Origin: Octopus vulgaris
Taxonomy: Eukaryota
Length of the DNA stretch: 64,000 bases
Reading direction: 5' to 3'
NCBI GenBank assembly: GCA_951406725.2
Contig: OX597815.1
Span: forward strand, 199,702,001 to 199,766,000
The notes below the pieces were generated by a model that was given only the letters and a program-made list of their open reading frames with translations, was not told where the DNA came from and made no database searches. The translations under genes were made by a program, and so were the position numbers. This document shows, piece by piece, positions 1 to 13,109 of the stretch (position 1 is its first letter; each line of letters opens with the position of its first letter).

Positions 1-132
1 ATGCAAACTCCTCAGCACTTTTAACAAAGGTGTGCAAATGTTCACGTCAATCCGACCACATTTACTAACACTTTTACCTGCACAAATGCTTGTGAGACAA
101 CGTCCGCCCTTTTCACAAATATATGGTAGATA

Positions 133-337
133 AAGGAGCAAGCTGGCAGAATCATTAGGGCGCTGAGCAGTATTTCACCCGTCTTTACCTTCTGAGTTCA
201 AATTCCGCCGAAGTCGACTTTGCTTTTCATCCTGTCGTGGTCGATAAAATACGTACCTGTTGAGCACTGAAGTCGATATCATCGACTTATAACCTCCCCC
301 GAAATTGCTGGCCGTGTACCAAAATTTGAAATCAATA
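133..337 (+). mobile_element. SINE family A (tRNA-derived, Deu/Nin-like central domain), decayed
   Basis: B-box GAGTTCAAATTCC followed by gtcgactttgcttttcatcc...gtcgataaaat; the same sequence recurs more than 12 times in the window. Confidence 0.8.
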
Positions 338-524
338 GTTTAGATAGTGTTTTAATGCAAGCTATCTGTTTGTAAATGTACATGGACTATAGATGTAAAG
401 GAGCCTCCACACGATGGTTCGACTGCCAGAAAATACAACAGCCTAATCTGAATGAAATTACATTCTGCCCACTTGAATGAAGGACACGTGGGATAATGTT
501 AACGGGGTTACACATTCTATTTAT

Positions 525-890
525 CTTTTATTTGGGCTTTCAGTCACTGGACTGCGGCCGTGCTGGGTTTCCACCTTGAAAGGTTTGGTCGAACAAATCG
601 ACTTTAATGCTTATTTTAAAGTCTAAAACTTATTCTATCGGTTTATTTTGTTAACCCCCTAAGTTACGGAAAAGTGAACAAACCAACATGGTTGTCATGC
701 GGTGTGAATATTGGGGCAGACACAAAGATGTATACACACACACAAACACGGCAGGCTTCTACACAATTTCCATCTACCAAATTCACTCGCAAAGCAGTGA
801 TTGGCCCGGGCCAATAATAAGAGAAACTTGCCTAAGGTGCTACGCATTTGTACTGAACCCAGAACGAACTGGCTGCAAAGAAACCTATTT
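525..890 (-). mobile_element. SINE family B, decayed
   Basis: Reverse-complement similarity to the intact family B copies at 40668 and 55857. Confidence 0.7.
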
Positions 891-1020
891 AAATAAATGA
901 ACGAATAAATAAATAAATAAAAAAACACAGCAAAGAAATTTCGGTCATTCACTGATTGAATACCACAGCTCAAATAAGAACACAATATGCCTAAAATATT
1001 GTCCCTTTACAATTTCCAAG

Positions 1021-1270
1021 GTGGGGGCGCGTGGCTTAGTGGTTAGGGTGTCAGCATCATGATCGTAAGATTGTGCTTTCGATTCCTGGACCGGGCGACA
1101 CGTTGTGTTCTTGAGCAAAACACTTCATTTCACGTTGCTCCAGTCCACTCAGCTGGCAAAACTGAGTAACGCTGCGACGGACTGGCGTCCCGTCCAGGTG
1201 GGGAACACATACGCCATTGAAACCCGGAAACTTGGCACATGAGCCTGTCTTGGCTTTAAAAGGGCGCATT
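1021..1270 (+). mobile_element. SINE, head D (tRNA + CORE-like) with tail X
   Basis: A-box TGGCTTAGTGG, B-box-like TTTCGATTCC, CORE-like ttgtgttcttgagcaaaacactt; near-identical reverse copy at 35571-35825. Confidence 0.85.
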
Positions 1271-1308
1271 CATTTATTTTATAATTTCCAAGAGATTACA
1301 TTAACTCG

Positions 1309-1540
1309 TATGGCCTAGTGGTGAGCGCAGCGGACTCACGGTCGAGGGATCGCGGGTTCGAATGTCAGACCGGGCGATGTGTGTGTTTATGAGCGAAATA
1401 CATAAGCTCCACGCGGCTCCGGCAGAAGGTAATGGTGAACTTCTGCCTGACTCTTTCGCCACAACCTTCTCTCACTCTTTCCTCCTGCATCTTGGAAACC
1501 GGCCCATATGAGTCAGGCATGGCTTGAGAAGGAACAAACA
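1309..1540 (+). mobile_element. SINE, head C variant with internally deleted tail X
   Basis: A-box TGGCCTAGTGG, B-box GGTTCGAATG; matches 63782-64000; ends ggaaaccggcccatatgag like tail X. Confidence 0.8.
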
Positions 1541-1772
1541 ATATTAACTAGTATACGATGTTGAAGGAGATTCATCTTAACAGTTTAATGGCGTGTGGTT
1601 TGATATAAGCAAACGTAAAAAATAGAGACGATTGTAAAGGTGAGTTGGTGTTTCGCTTAGGCCAGTCGCCTTGTCTCTAGTCTTTGTTTAACTCACAAGA
1701 CATCCCTAATTGACGCAACCAGCTAAAGTCTGATTATATTCTACAAACTTATCAACACTATTTTACGGGTAT

Positions 1773-2123
1773 AAGGCGACGAGCTGGCGCCGAGATCGAC
1801 TTTGCCTTTCATCTTTTCGGGGTCGATAAATTAAGTATCAGTTACGCACTGGGGTCGATGTAATCGACTTAATCCCTTTGTTTGTCCCCACTATGTTTAA
1901 CCTCATGTGGGCAATAAAGAAATAAGAAACGTTAGCACGCCGGGCAAAATGCTTACCAGTATTTCGTTGTTTTTACGTTCTGAGTTCAAATTCCGCCGAG
2001 GTTGATTTTGCCTTTCATCTTTTCGGGGTCGATAAATTAAGTACCAGTTGCATACTGGGGTCGATCTAATCGACTGACCCCTTCCCAAAAAGTTTCGGGC
2101 CTTGTGTCTAGACTAAAAAAGAA
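1773..2123 (+). mobile_element. SINE family A, tandem partial dimer
   Basis: Two copies of the gtcgataaattaagta domain, joined tail to head at about 1922. Confidence 0.85.
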
Positions 2124-2289
2124 TACTTTACGTGTGTGTGTGTGTATACACTTGTAATTATGTAAACTATATGCTTAGGTATGTATGAATAAAAAGAAAA
2201 GAAATCTATTACGAGAGTATCTTAGAAAATCAAAAATGATCAACTAGATTATGGCTGAGGGTCAGCAGTTTACTTAAAGTAGCCACCTA

Positions 2290-3062
2290 CAGTTTACAGT
2301 ATGGCTTCAAGACAGCTCGGAAACCTGGCGCATGCGTTTCTCGCTGTATTCTTGAAAAGATCTTCGAACACATCCTTGGTCTTGGTTACCAGCTCGGCCT
2401 TGATGTTGCAGGCAGAGCGGTTGGTGTCTTTCTCAACCGCGCCCTACACATAGTAACCCATAGGGTTTGCAATGGGGAGGAAAGGAACGGGCAATTAGAA
2501 GGCCAGAAATTGAGGTTGGTGAAGTTGTAGAAATTCTCCGATAACAGCTTCTGGCTCTTTCCGCAAGTATGGCAAGGAGCCGAATCATGCTTCCACACAG
2601 CATTCCTGTAGCAATCCTCTCCAGCCGGGATTTGACCATCGTTTCCAGCAGCTTCAAAGACGTGTTTTCATTGAGTCTTCATCCCTGTTCAAAGATGTGG
2701 GGCGGCATGATGTCACCCACACTGGGGACACACACATAAAGACCATCACAGTTTTGGAAGGATTTGTTTTTCATAAGGTGCGCGCCACGTCTCGCAGCTT
2801 CCACATTGTTCACATAGCATTGAGCAGCACTCGAGTCGTCAAAATTCTGATGCACGGCCAGTAAAACATCATGTCACAGGTAGCTGTTTTCAAATATTCT
2901 GATGCTTCAAGTCCTTATATGTCAGTTAAAATTTTTCTCAACTACAACTTCAATTGTTAAGCGTTTCAACACCGTTGACTATTCATCAAAATATCAAGTT
3001 GTACCTGAAAAGCGAATAAAAAAAATCGAAAAAAAATCATCAAATTCGTACTGAACACCCTG
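2290..3062 (-). pseudogene. Tc1/mariner (maT/DD37D-like) transposase relic with 5' TIR
   Basis: Frameshifted minus-strand peptides VMVF..GDIMPPHIFEQG, WKHDSAPCH, FWPSNCP..NPMGYYV*GAVE; terminus CAGGGTGTTCAG at 3062. Confidence 0.8.
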
Positions 3063-3101
3063 TGTGTATGTGTGTGTGTGCGTGTGTGATTGCGCGTGTT
3101 T

Positions 3102-3870
<769 letters not shown>

Positions 3871-3991
3871 ATATATATTTATATATATATATATATATAC
3901 CGGAGTAAACACATAAATGTGAAACAAGGTGGAAAAAAGAGTACTCAAATACCAGTGGTAGAGTAATATGCTTTTATATATGTTCCATTCT

Positions 3992-4045
3992 AGCAAAAAC
4001 TGTCTGATGAACGGCAACGAGAAACTCAGAGTAACAGATTTTGTT
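3992..4045 (+). ncRNA. Type I hammerhead ribozyme motif
   Basis: agcaaaa(a)ctgt-CTGATGA-a cg GCAA cg a-GAAA-ctc a gag-TA-acag(a)ttttgtt; long stem I, GUA cleavage triplet; stem II closing pair is an A.A mismatch. Confidence 0.75.
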
Positions 4046-4090
4046 GAATTTTCTGCTGCTTAAAATAAAGTATATATATATATATATATA

Positions 4091-4519
4091 GAATATAGTT
4101 TTTTCACAATACGCACGCTACTCGAATAAAGGTCGACAGTTGTGCCCATGACTTAGTGTTTGCTTCTTCCATGGGTATGAGTAAGTATCTCATTTATTTC
4201 TTTTGCCACATGTACCACTGACGAAGAGAGGGCTCTTAGTAGCTAACTCTGAAATCGGTTCGATATGGTAATAATGGAATTTTTTAGAAATTTCTGTCGA
4301 CCTTTATTCGAGTAGCGTGCGTATTGTGAAAAAACTATATGGTTAATGGACAATATGTCCAATTTTTCGGCATATTTGGCATTAGAAAATTTTTTTCCCT
4401 TGCCCTCATTTATGAATTATATAAATTTAACCGTTAAAGGTATTTTTTAATATGCTGGCCATTGATAAAATTGTTTTCGAGAAAATATTTTTTTTCGAAA
4501 AGAATTTTATCCTCACATT

Positions 4520-4521
<2 letters not shown>
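4091..4521 (+). mobile_element. TA-flanked hammerhead-bearing element with a 47-bp inverted terminus
   Basis: 4093-4139 is the exact reverse complement of 4294-4340; contains the hammerhead at 4213-4270. Confidence 0.75.
4213..4270 (+). ncRNA. Type I hammerhead ribozyme, intact core
   Basis: tacca-CTGACGA-agag...ctct-GAAA-tcg gtt cga-TA-tggta; all three stems pair; AUA triplet. Confidence 0.85.
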
Positions 4522-4597
<76 letters not shown>

Positions 4598-4700
4598 ATA
4601 GAAATGGCAAGACAACAAAGGAATAAAAGAGACCTCGATATTGTTTAAATAGAGGAATTTATCTGTAAATATAATATGCGGCAATTATTCGGTAGCCATG

Positions 4701-4759
4701 ATAAAACTCAGACTTTCGGATGTCGGAGCAGAAACCCACGCTGGCATCTCTTTAGTTAT
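4701..4759 (-). ncRNA. Degenerate type I hammerhead motif in a TA-flanked element (4593-4790)
   Basis: Minus strand ataa-CTAAAGA-gatg...catc c-GAAA-gtctgag-TT-ttat; core G5 is mutated. Confidence 0.5.
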
Positions 4760-4861
4760 AAGGCCATCGAAAAAAATGCATTTTATATATATGTACATAT
4801 ATATACATATTATACTACGTATTATATATTTATATTTTATATATATATGTATATCTATGTC

Positions 4862-4937
<76 letters not shown>

Positions 4938-5053
4938 AGTTATTAATATATTATAAATAATATTATATATATAAATGAATATATATATGTGTGTGTGTGT
5001 GTATAAATATATATTCGTTAGTTCAACATCATATATATTATATATATTTATAT

Positions 5054-5092
<39 letters not shown>

Positions 5093-5579
5093 CCTACATA
5101 CATATATATATATATATATATATGTGTATATATATATGTATGTATTTATAAAGAGAGAGAGAGAGGGTTTGGGGACAAATAGTGGTTTCTGTGAGATTTA
5201 GCTGTTATTTCTTGCTCGCCGAAGGACCATGCAGAAACTCCTTAATTGAATCAAATACACTTGAATTGAGGCTCTGAGTAAAATGAACTTTCTACTGCAA
5301 TGAAGAAGGAGAAGAAGAAGGAGGAGGAGGAGGAGAAGAAGAAGAAGAAATGTCGAACAAGAGGTGCGAATTGACTGAATAAATTGTTGTTAGTGGAAAG
5401 CTAACCTAGAAGTTATGCATTTAAATTAATCTTAAAAAGAAGACTTCAGAATAAGAAACATTTTACAATACATAACGCATACACAGATCATTACACACAC
5501 ACACACACATATATTGTATGTATGTATGTAGATTGATATAGATATACATATATATATATATTTATATATATATATATAT

Positions 5580-5767
5580 TCTTTTATTCTTTTTACTTGT
5601 TTCATTCATTGAAATGTAAGAGTTTAGTCGAACAAACCGACCCCTGTACATTTTTTTTGAAGCGTGGCACTCGTTCTATCGTTTCCTTTTGCCGAACTGC
5701 TAAGTTACAGAGACGAGAACAAGCCGACACCAGTTGTCAGGCGATAGTAGGGGACAAGCACAAAGAC

Positions 5768-5807
<40 letters not shown>

Positions 5808-5945
5808 AAGCGACGTGCTTTTTTCAGGTTCCGTCAACCCAATCTGCTCAAAAGTCTTTGGTTGGTCCGAGGCTATCGTAGACTGAACCCGGATCCACTT
5901 GGTTGAGAAGCAAACATCTGACCACGCCATCGTTCTTGCACCTAA
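5580..5945 (-). mobile_element. SINE family B
   Basis: Homology to other family B copies, with the internal (CA)n. Confidence 0.8.
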
Positions 5946-5981
5946 ACATGATATATTACATATTCTTTTACACCGTTGTGT

Positions 5982-7331
5982 GTTCTAACCCAAAGACTGT
6001 GGCCGTGCTGGGGCGCCGCCATTTTCATCACCTTTTCATTGACCATTCTCAGGTATTTGGCTTTTGATGAATGTGAGAATTTGATATTGCTGCCCTCATT
6101 TGTGATTTTTGCAGTGATATAAGTTCATCTGGTATCTTGGTGAGCAGGTGGTCAAGGTGCCCCTTAAAACCTCTTCCCTAACTCCATGTAGCAACCTCAG
6201 GCTTTTTGGCAAGATATTAATCGACTGTGAGTCCGTGAAACCCAAGCTATTGCAGTACCTGGTACTCTCTACGAAGAGATTAAGGTCCTTGGCACTGTGC
6301 AGTGGATTCTTATAATTATCGATGCCAGAGCTTGGTACCAATCCATTTAGGATCTTCCATATGTAAATCCCTGAGTAGAGTCGTAATTCTTGCAACTTCT
6401 CCCAGTAGCTCAACTGTCTCATTGAACCAATCTACTTAGTGTAGCACCATTGGATTGTTTCGAGTACCGCTATTAATTTAACATTATGGTGTGACCATAG
6501 TTGAGAAAAGTAGTCTAGACGGCCGAGGGAAAACATCTTACATGGACCTGTATATTTTTTCTGGTCCCTTGTTCTGAAAATTCTCAGAACCCATCTGGCC
6601 ATTCGCTTGCACATTGCCAAGATCTTGCCACCACGAAACGAAGCATCGTTGCCCATATCAGTTCCCAAGTCATGCACTGAGTTTGATTGAAGGATTCTCA
6701 TTCCTTCTGGTCCGAAATGTCTTTTTTACAATGTGTTAACACAATTTGGCCGATAGCGAAGATCTTAGACTTTTCTGCATGAAACTGCATGTTATTTTCG
6801 TCAGCATATTTATAAAGGGCATATCAATCAACTTCAAGGGTTCTTGATTGCTTCTGCTACTTTTGCATTATCCGCATAGCTAGCAAGCGTGGCTCCCTGT
6901 ACAACTGATAGCACGTCTGAGGGAGCCACCACAAACAGCAGTGGCCCCGAGATAGTTTCCTCAGGCGCTCCATACACTATGAATATCTCCTTCGAGAGGG
7001 CTCCAATGGCTTCATACATCTTTTAAGAAGTCATGTAAACCACTGTCACAGTTTTCCAACGATGCCGAATCTACATGTTTTGAGACATATAATCCGGTGA
7101 TTAGCCTTATCGAAGGCCTTTGCAAAATCTAGATATTTCTTATTCTTTTATCGTTTACACGTTTTAGTCATAGGCTGCGGCCATGCTGGGGCACTACTCT
7201 AGTCAGGTATATTGACCTCAGTACTTATGCTTTTTCTAAAACCTGGAACTTATTTTATTGGACTCTTTTCCCGAACCGATAGGTTACGAGATCGTAAACA
7301 CTCTACCACCAGCTGTCAAGCAATGGTAACG

Positions 7332-7371
<40 letters not shown>

Positions 7372-7578
7372 CAGGATTCTTTCAGTTTCCGCCACCCAAA
7401 TCCACTCAGAAGGCTTTGGTCGGCTCGAAGCTATAGTAGAAGGCACTTGGTAAAGGTGTCACGCACAGTGAGACTGAACTCCGAACCATGTGGCTGGTAA
7501 GCAAGCTTCTTACCACACGAACACACCTAAGAAAATTCATAAGTTGCTTCAACACCCAGTCAAAATGCTGCAGAAGGT
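5982..7578 (-). pseudogene. CR1/L2-group LINE reverse transcriptase 3' fragment with 3' UTR, interrupted by a SINE
   Basis: Peptides LLQHFDWVLKQL (7530-7578), YLDFAKAFDK, GAPEETISGPLLF, SYADNAKV, RLDYFSQLWS, LSYWEKLQELRLYS, with stops and frameshifts. Confidence 0.85.
7140..7528 (-). mobile_element. SINE family B inserted in the LINE
   Basis: Family homology; RT peptide continues on both sides. Confidence 0.85.
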
Positions 7579-7594
7579 ATATATATACATATAT

Positions 7595-7713
7595 GAAGAG
7601 CGTAGGCTCGAAACGTAAAAGACTTGTTCTATTTCTAGCGCCATACTAATACATTTGTTTGTTTGTACTCCACCTGCCTTCGGCTTTTGTTTATTTTCGT
7701 AAACCTTCCCGTT
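7595..7713 (+). mobile_element. 5'-truncated TA-flanked hammerhead-like element (same family as 50510)
   Basis: gaagagcgtaggctcgaaacgtaaaagact is identical to 50540-50569; (TA)n on both sides. Confidence 0.75.
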
Positions 7714-8247
7714 ATATATATATATATATATATAAGTAGTTGAATTAATTATCTTAGTATGGATAATTTGCTTAACCGATACCTGGGTTGCAAATTCACG
7801 TCAGAAAAACACGGTTGAAGCTACATGCCAAGGGCAGAGATCACGTGCTTTCGTGTGGAAATTTGTGTGTTTTTTTATTTGCGCATGCGTGTGTGTGTGT
7901 GTGTGTGTAAGTGTGTGTGTGTTAATGTTTGTGCGCATTCGAGCATATGTGTATTACCAGTCTCGGCGTATAGTCGATCGTATTCTCGTAATAACCTAAA
8001 ATTGTGGCTATCAAGGAAATAACTACGAGACCTGAAAATGCCGAAGATTATCAGAAACGTTATTACGTCGGACAACATGACTTCCTTGTCACTACAATCT
8101 CATCTCAAAATCCTGCCGAGCTGAATTTTCCTTTTTGTTTTCACCGTTTAGGACCGATGAAGCAAAGTACAGTGCGAGATTTAATCGACTAAGACCTTCC
8201 TTACGATTTGTGGCGTTGCGCTTACGTTAGAAACATTATTATTATTA

Positions 8248-8465
8248 ATCGTTCGCACGCCGGCGCGAAATGCTTAGCATTATGACAGTCTTTACGTTCT
8301 GAGTTCAAATTCCGTCGAGGTCGACTTTGCCTTTCATCCCTTTCGGGGGTCGAAAAAAATAAAGTAACAGGTGAACGCCGATAGGCATTTGAACTCAGAA
8401 CGTAAAGACGGACGAAATGCTGCTAATCAATTTGTCCGGCTTGCTAACAATTCTATCACCGCTTT
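8248..8465. mobile_element. SINE family A fragments in opposite orientations
   Basis: Plus-strand copy 8248-8370 and minus-strand copy 8370-8465. Confidence 0.7.
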
Positions 8466-8536
8466 AATCTTCTTCTTACGCATACACACACACACACACA
8501 CACACATACACACACACACATACATAGATACATATT

Positions 8537-8621
<85 letters not shown>

Positions 8622-8682
8622 AACAAAAGAGAAGGTAGAAAAACATAAATTTCATATACAATTCAAAATATTATTGCACTTT

Positions 8683-8868
8683 ACAGTTAATATAGTTCTA
8701 TATTTAAAAGATGAGGAATTATGTACATTATTTACATTATTTACATTTGACCTCATCTTGTTTGTTGTTAACACATCATTTCGGCTGATATACCCTCCTG
8801 CCTTCATCAGGTGTGTTGGAGGAAATTTGGAACCTAGGTTCTCATTCCTAAAGTATTTTTTGATGTTA

Positions 8869-8925
<57 letters not shown>

Positions 8926-9090
8926 TCACTGCCTGGAATCGAACTCGGAATCTTGGGGTAAGTAGCCCGCGCTCTTAACCACTACGCCATATGCCCGTGG
9001 GGGGAGGGTATATCAGCCGAAACGTTGTGTTAACAACAATCAAGACGGGGGACAAATATCCGTCAAATGTAAATAATGCAAATAATGTAC
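8683..9090 (-). mobile_element. tRNA-headed element with (AAT)n spacer, minimal hammerhead and inverted terminal segment
   Basis: Minus-strand head 8921-8996 has A-box TGGCGTAGTGG and B-box GAGTTCGATTCC; hammerhead at 8770-8814; 9003-9090 is an inverted copy of about 8722-8798. Confidence 0.8.
8770..8814 (-). ncRNA. Minimal type I hammerhead motif
   Basis: acac-CTGATGA-a-ggcag...cagcc-GAAA-tgat-gtgt; the inverted partial copy at 9014-9030 reads cagccGAAAcgTTgtgt (intact 3' half). Confidence 0.7.
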
Positions 9091-9755
9091 TCTACAGCTG
9101 TTTCAACAAAGTATAAACATCACATGACACCCTAATTACCAAGCTTAATTAACTAACGTAGAATTAATGATTCCGTATATGCATGCAGTTTCCTTCCATT
9201 CGGATTTACTGCATTCTAATAATTCATGGAATTTAACGATGTTTTATTTAGTGAGCTTTTCACTACCGAGAGTAGATTTTTTTCCGTTATTTATGCCTCA
9301 GTTCACTATATAGATATATTGATTCGCTTCTTCAGTACACACCCTCTTCGATATATGTTTGAATTCATAATCCCCCGACTTCTTTCCTTCCCTTCAATTA
9401 ACTTGCACACTTTTCTTTTCAGCATCACGCATTTCATCTGCCTAAATAACAAAATATAATTTATACAATCTTTGCATTGTACCATTTACATCCCATGTAT
9501 TTGTTTCAAAAATTTTTTTTCTCAGTTTCTCATCATGTTCTCTTCTTCTTGTTTTTGTTTTTGTTTTTGTTTTTCTTTTCTTTTTTTTTTGGTGGTGCCT
9601 TTCTCTCTCTCTCTCTCTCTCTGGGACAGACCATATTTAATAATACGTTTCTGCTCCTGTCACGTATTCTTTGAAATTGTGTTTGGTCTTTTGGTAGTAA
9701 TTTATGCGTGCGGTAGTCAAAATATCAAGTTTCTGTTCGTTGTTCGGCATTATCA

Positions 9756-9794
<39 letters not shown>

Positions 9795-10089
9795 GTCTCT
9801 GTCTCTCTGTCTCTCTGTCTCTCTCTCTCTATCTCTGCACCACACTGAATTACTATCTAATCGATTCATCTAACATCAAGGCTAAAAAAGAAGACAAAAA
9901 CAAAACAATAACAAACCCTTTAATATATTCATTTCTAGTCAGTATTTTACATCCAGACAGCAAATGATAGATAGATATTTCTGTTTTCCTTGCGTAGATT
10001 CCACGAGTGTGAGGTCATTTCTGTGTATCTCAGTTTCATTCATGTTTTTGTCCTTTACGTTTGTCCCTGTTTATTATTATTATTATTAT

Positions 10090-11900
10090 TACTGACGGAG
10101 TAAGTTTTCCTGGCATCGAAGGAAATACAGTAAACTTCTCAGATAACAGCGATCCCTGGGATTTGAGATGCCGTTATTATAAAATTTCCTTTGTGTAGGA
10201 AATTTTTTATTATGTAAAAAAAGAAAGCAAGAAAGTACAATATATAAGGCATATAAACTGTGTATGTTAAATGCAAACTGCATAGTAAGTAATTTGGAAA
10301 AAATAATAAAGAAAATATTTTAAAAAATGAACGCTACAGCCATTTCTGGGTTTATCGATTAAGTTTTTTGCTAACAACGTCCAATTTCTTATTCCATAAA
10401 GCAACTTAAATCTGTCAACAAACCATGCAAAGAAACAAGTGAAGGTTTCCAAATCTATTTCTCTTTACAATCTTTAGCTTTGGCTAAAATCATATCCCTC
10501 CAATATAGCTATACCCTCTGATCCATGGCTGTTTGATCTAAGCTGTTAAATACTTCATTCACTCAGTTGGATTGTATCTTTTATACTGCTTAAGCTTTTC
10601 CCTAAGTATTTCTTCTCATCCCGTTTACAGTTTCTTTCTTAGATTCCGTCACTTTTCTTCTCACGTACAACTCATTCTTTCTCACTTCATTGTGATTCAT
10701 CAATCATTAAATTCACTTTCTTCTCCGATTCTGGGAACTGTATGCTTCACTTCTATTTTAACAGAACACTGTTATTTTATAGTCTTTCTCTTCTACGCCG
10801 GACTCATTCCAAGTATTTTCATTGCCATATAACATGCACTCCAGCTTTTGTTTCCTTATACGCCTCTTTCATATTATTAACACTTCCGCTTTCAATTTTT
10901 CTTGCCACAAATTACAAACTTTTTCTCACTCCCTTATCTACCCTACAGGAAATTGTCTCTCAGGATTCTCTTAATAATTCCATCCAATAACTCTGCTTCT
11001 GCTTTGCTAAATTGAACCACATTAATCACATAACAATTCACTACAATTACAATGAAGGCTATGTTTTTTTTTTTCTACGATATTGTTTCACTTTCGCCAT
11101 AATTTCCATTTGGATTTCGATTTCCTCAAAACTGTTGTGACACGTTTAACTTTGTATGCTTTTCACTTTGCTTAATGCTAAGAAAAGTTCAGAGTTCACT
11201 TTTCCTGGATCAAGTGGATTTATTTATTTTTTTTCTTACTATACTCTAATACTGCTGCTTGTATGAACGTTCTCCATATGTAGTTAACACCTGCATGTCT
11301 TTTGAGACATGTTCTTGAACTACTTTTAGCCGGTGTAATATTAATTATTTCCATCAGAGAGTGGTGTCATTATCATACTTACAGATCGTTAATAAACAAA
11401 CATTAAATACTTTTCTTTCTTGTATTGACTTATTTCTTGAAAAACGCGTACTAATCGGGAGAAAACCCCTCCTTGGATCCATCAGAGAACCCAACATATC
11501 TTGCACTTCTATTAATCACACGTACCCTCTTTTTGCTATATTCCCCGGGCTCATTTACTTGAGCCATGCTTGACACTTTTACTCAGCAGCTTTTTCAACG
11601 CCTTTACCTTCCTCACTAAGTAAGGCTTAAACAAGTCGATAAGGACTTGACTTTTGAGGAAACTACTTGCCCTCGGGCCTTTCAATCGTGTCCATCGTAC
11701 TACCTCTTTGCCACAGACATCTGGCAAAGAAACGGCCAAAGTAGAGCGGCAGGATGATTGATATCATGATGAATCCAGTCCAACCAGCAACAACATCTGA
11801 TCAACGTCTTCTCAAGTTAGCAATAATTGGATACTGAACAATAACACGAGGAACAGCTTCGTCGCTCTGCTTGCATCACGAAATGAGCGGCTGTAGGTAA
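10090..11900 (-). pseudogene. Highly decayed RTE-like LINE
   Basis: LLYGIRNWTL resembles the RTE motif LLYGSETWTL; upstream endonuclease-like traces; 3' end runs into (TAA)n. Confidence 0.45.
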
Positions 11901-13109
11901 TTCCCTGGTTATACTGTTTATCTGGAACAAGTAATGTTTCTTTCGGTAAGCTGCCAGACTAGAGATTTCTAGAAATTATCCATAGACCCCGATTAGACCA
12001 GCTAACTGATACGTTTCAGCGATTAGAGTTTTCTCAAGAACTTCATTTCATTTCTCTCCCACAAGTCCTCTTTAGAAAGCTAACGTTGCAGTTCCGTCAG
12101 CCACATTGCCCGATTGGTACAAAGAATTTCCTTTCTCTTTGTGTGCTTATATTGTTGTTTATCATGCTTGCTTCCTCACACGAAATTCAGTAAAACGCAG
12201 AAAAAAATCCAATTTCAGTCTTCAGTGAATTCGGCAGATAAACCGTATCGTAGTATTCGTTCCAACTTTCTATTTGCCAGCCTGGTAGATAGATAAATAG
12301 ACATACATGTAGACAGGAAAACAGACAGAGTTTAGATCTCACCGTGGTCAATTTTGCTCTTCATGCACTGGTTCCATAAATAAAGTACCAGTCAACTACT
12401 GCAATTTATTAGCTGGTCTGGTTCAGAGAACATTCAGTACCAGATAACTTCTAGAAATAACTAGTCTACGAGGCTATCGAAAGAGGCATTGCCGGTTCCA
12501 GATGCACTGCATAGTAAAGAAAAACCTTGCAAAGAAAAATGTAATATTAAATTTGCTTCTTTAGAAATCAAATTTATCAGTTTCCCAACACATATTAAAA
12601 AGTTAAAATTTCTTTATTCGATTTTACCAGCGGAAAGCCGATAAATTTTAAATTTTATATTACACTTTTGTACAGCTGCTTCTTAGAAGCTGTACACTGC
12701 GAGTTAGAGATATGAATGAACTCTCCCTCCTTTCCAAAATGACGGTGTTATTTACTTCGATTTTGTACTTGGCTTGCAAGATTCTTGATGTGAATTCGTG
12801 TGTTGAAATAAATCTTGTTTTTTAGGAGGGGGTCATTCACCAATGCATGCGTTTATTATTACTGACATAATGACTCTTTCAAGACACAACAAGCTGTGAC
12901 ATTTACTCTAAGCAACAACCATTCAACCACAAGTATTTAGTTGAATGTTCCAAAGTCTACGTCTGTATGCTGAATATAGATACGAAACCATAGTTTTGTA
13001 TCAAGCTTATTTTCTAGTGACCTGTTCGCGTCTTCTTATGCATATTAATCACCGGTTAAAAAGTATTAAAAAAAACTATAATATATACATAAAGATTTTA
13101 GCATTCTTT

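Noticed and set aside
8921-8996. Genuine tRNA gene (also the SINE heads)
   Set aside because: A and B boxes are present, but the cloverleaf stems are imperfect and the heads are fused to repeat bodies
12205-12230. Isolated CUGANGA words (also 17487, 30012, 37903, 61090)
   Set aside because: No stem II/GAAA/stem III/stem I arrangement; expected by chance or part of TE coding relics
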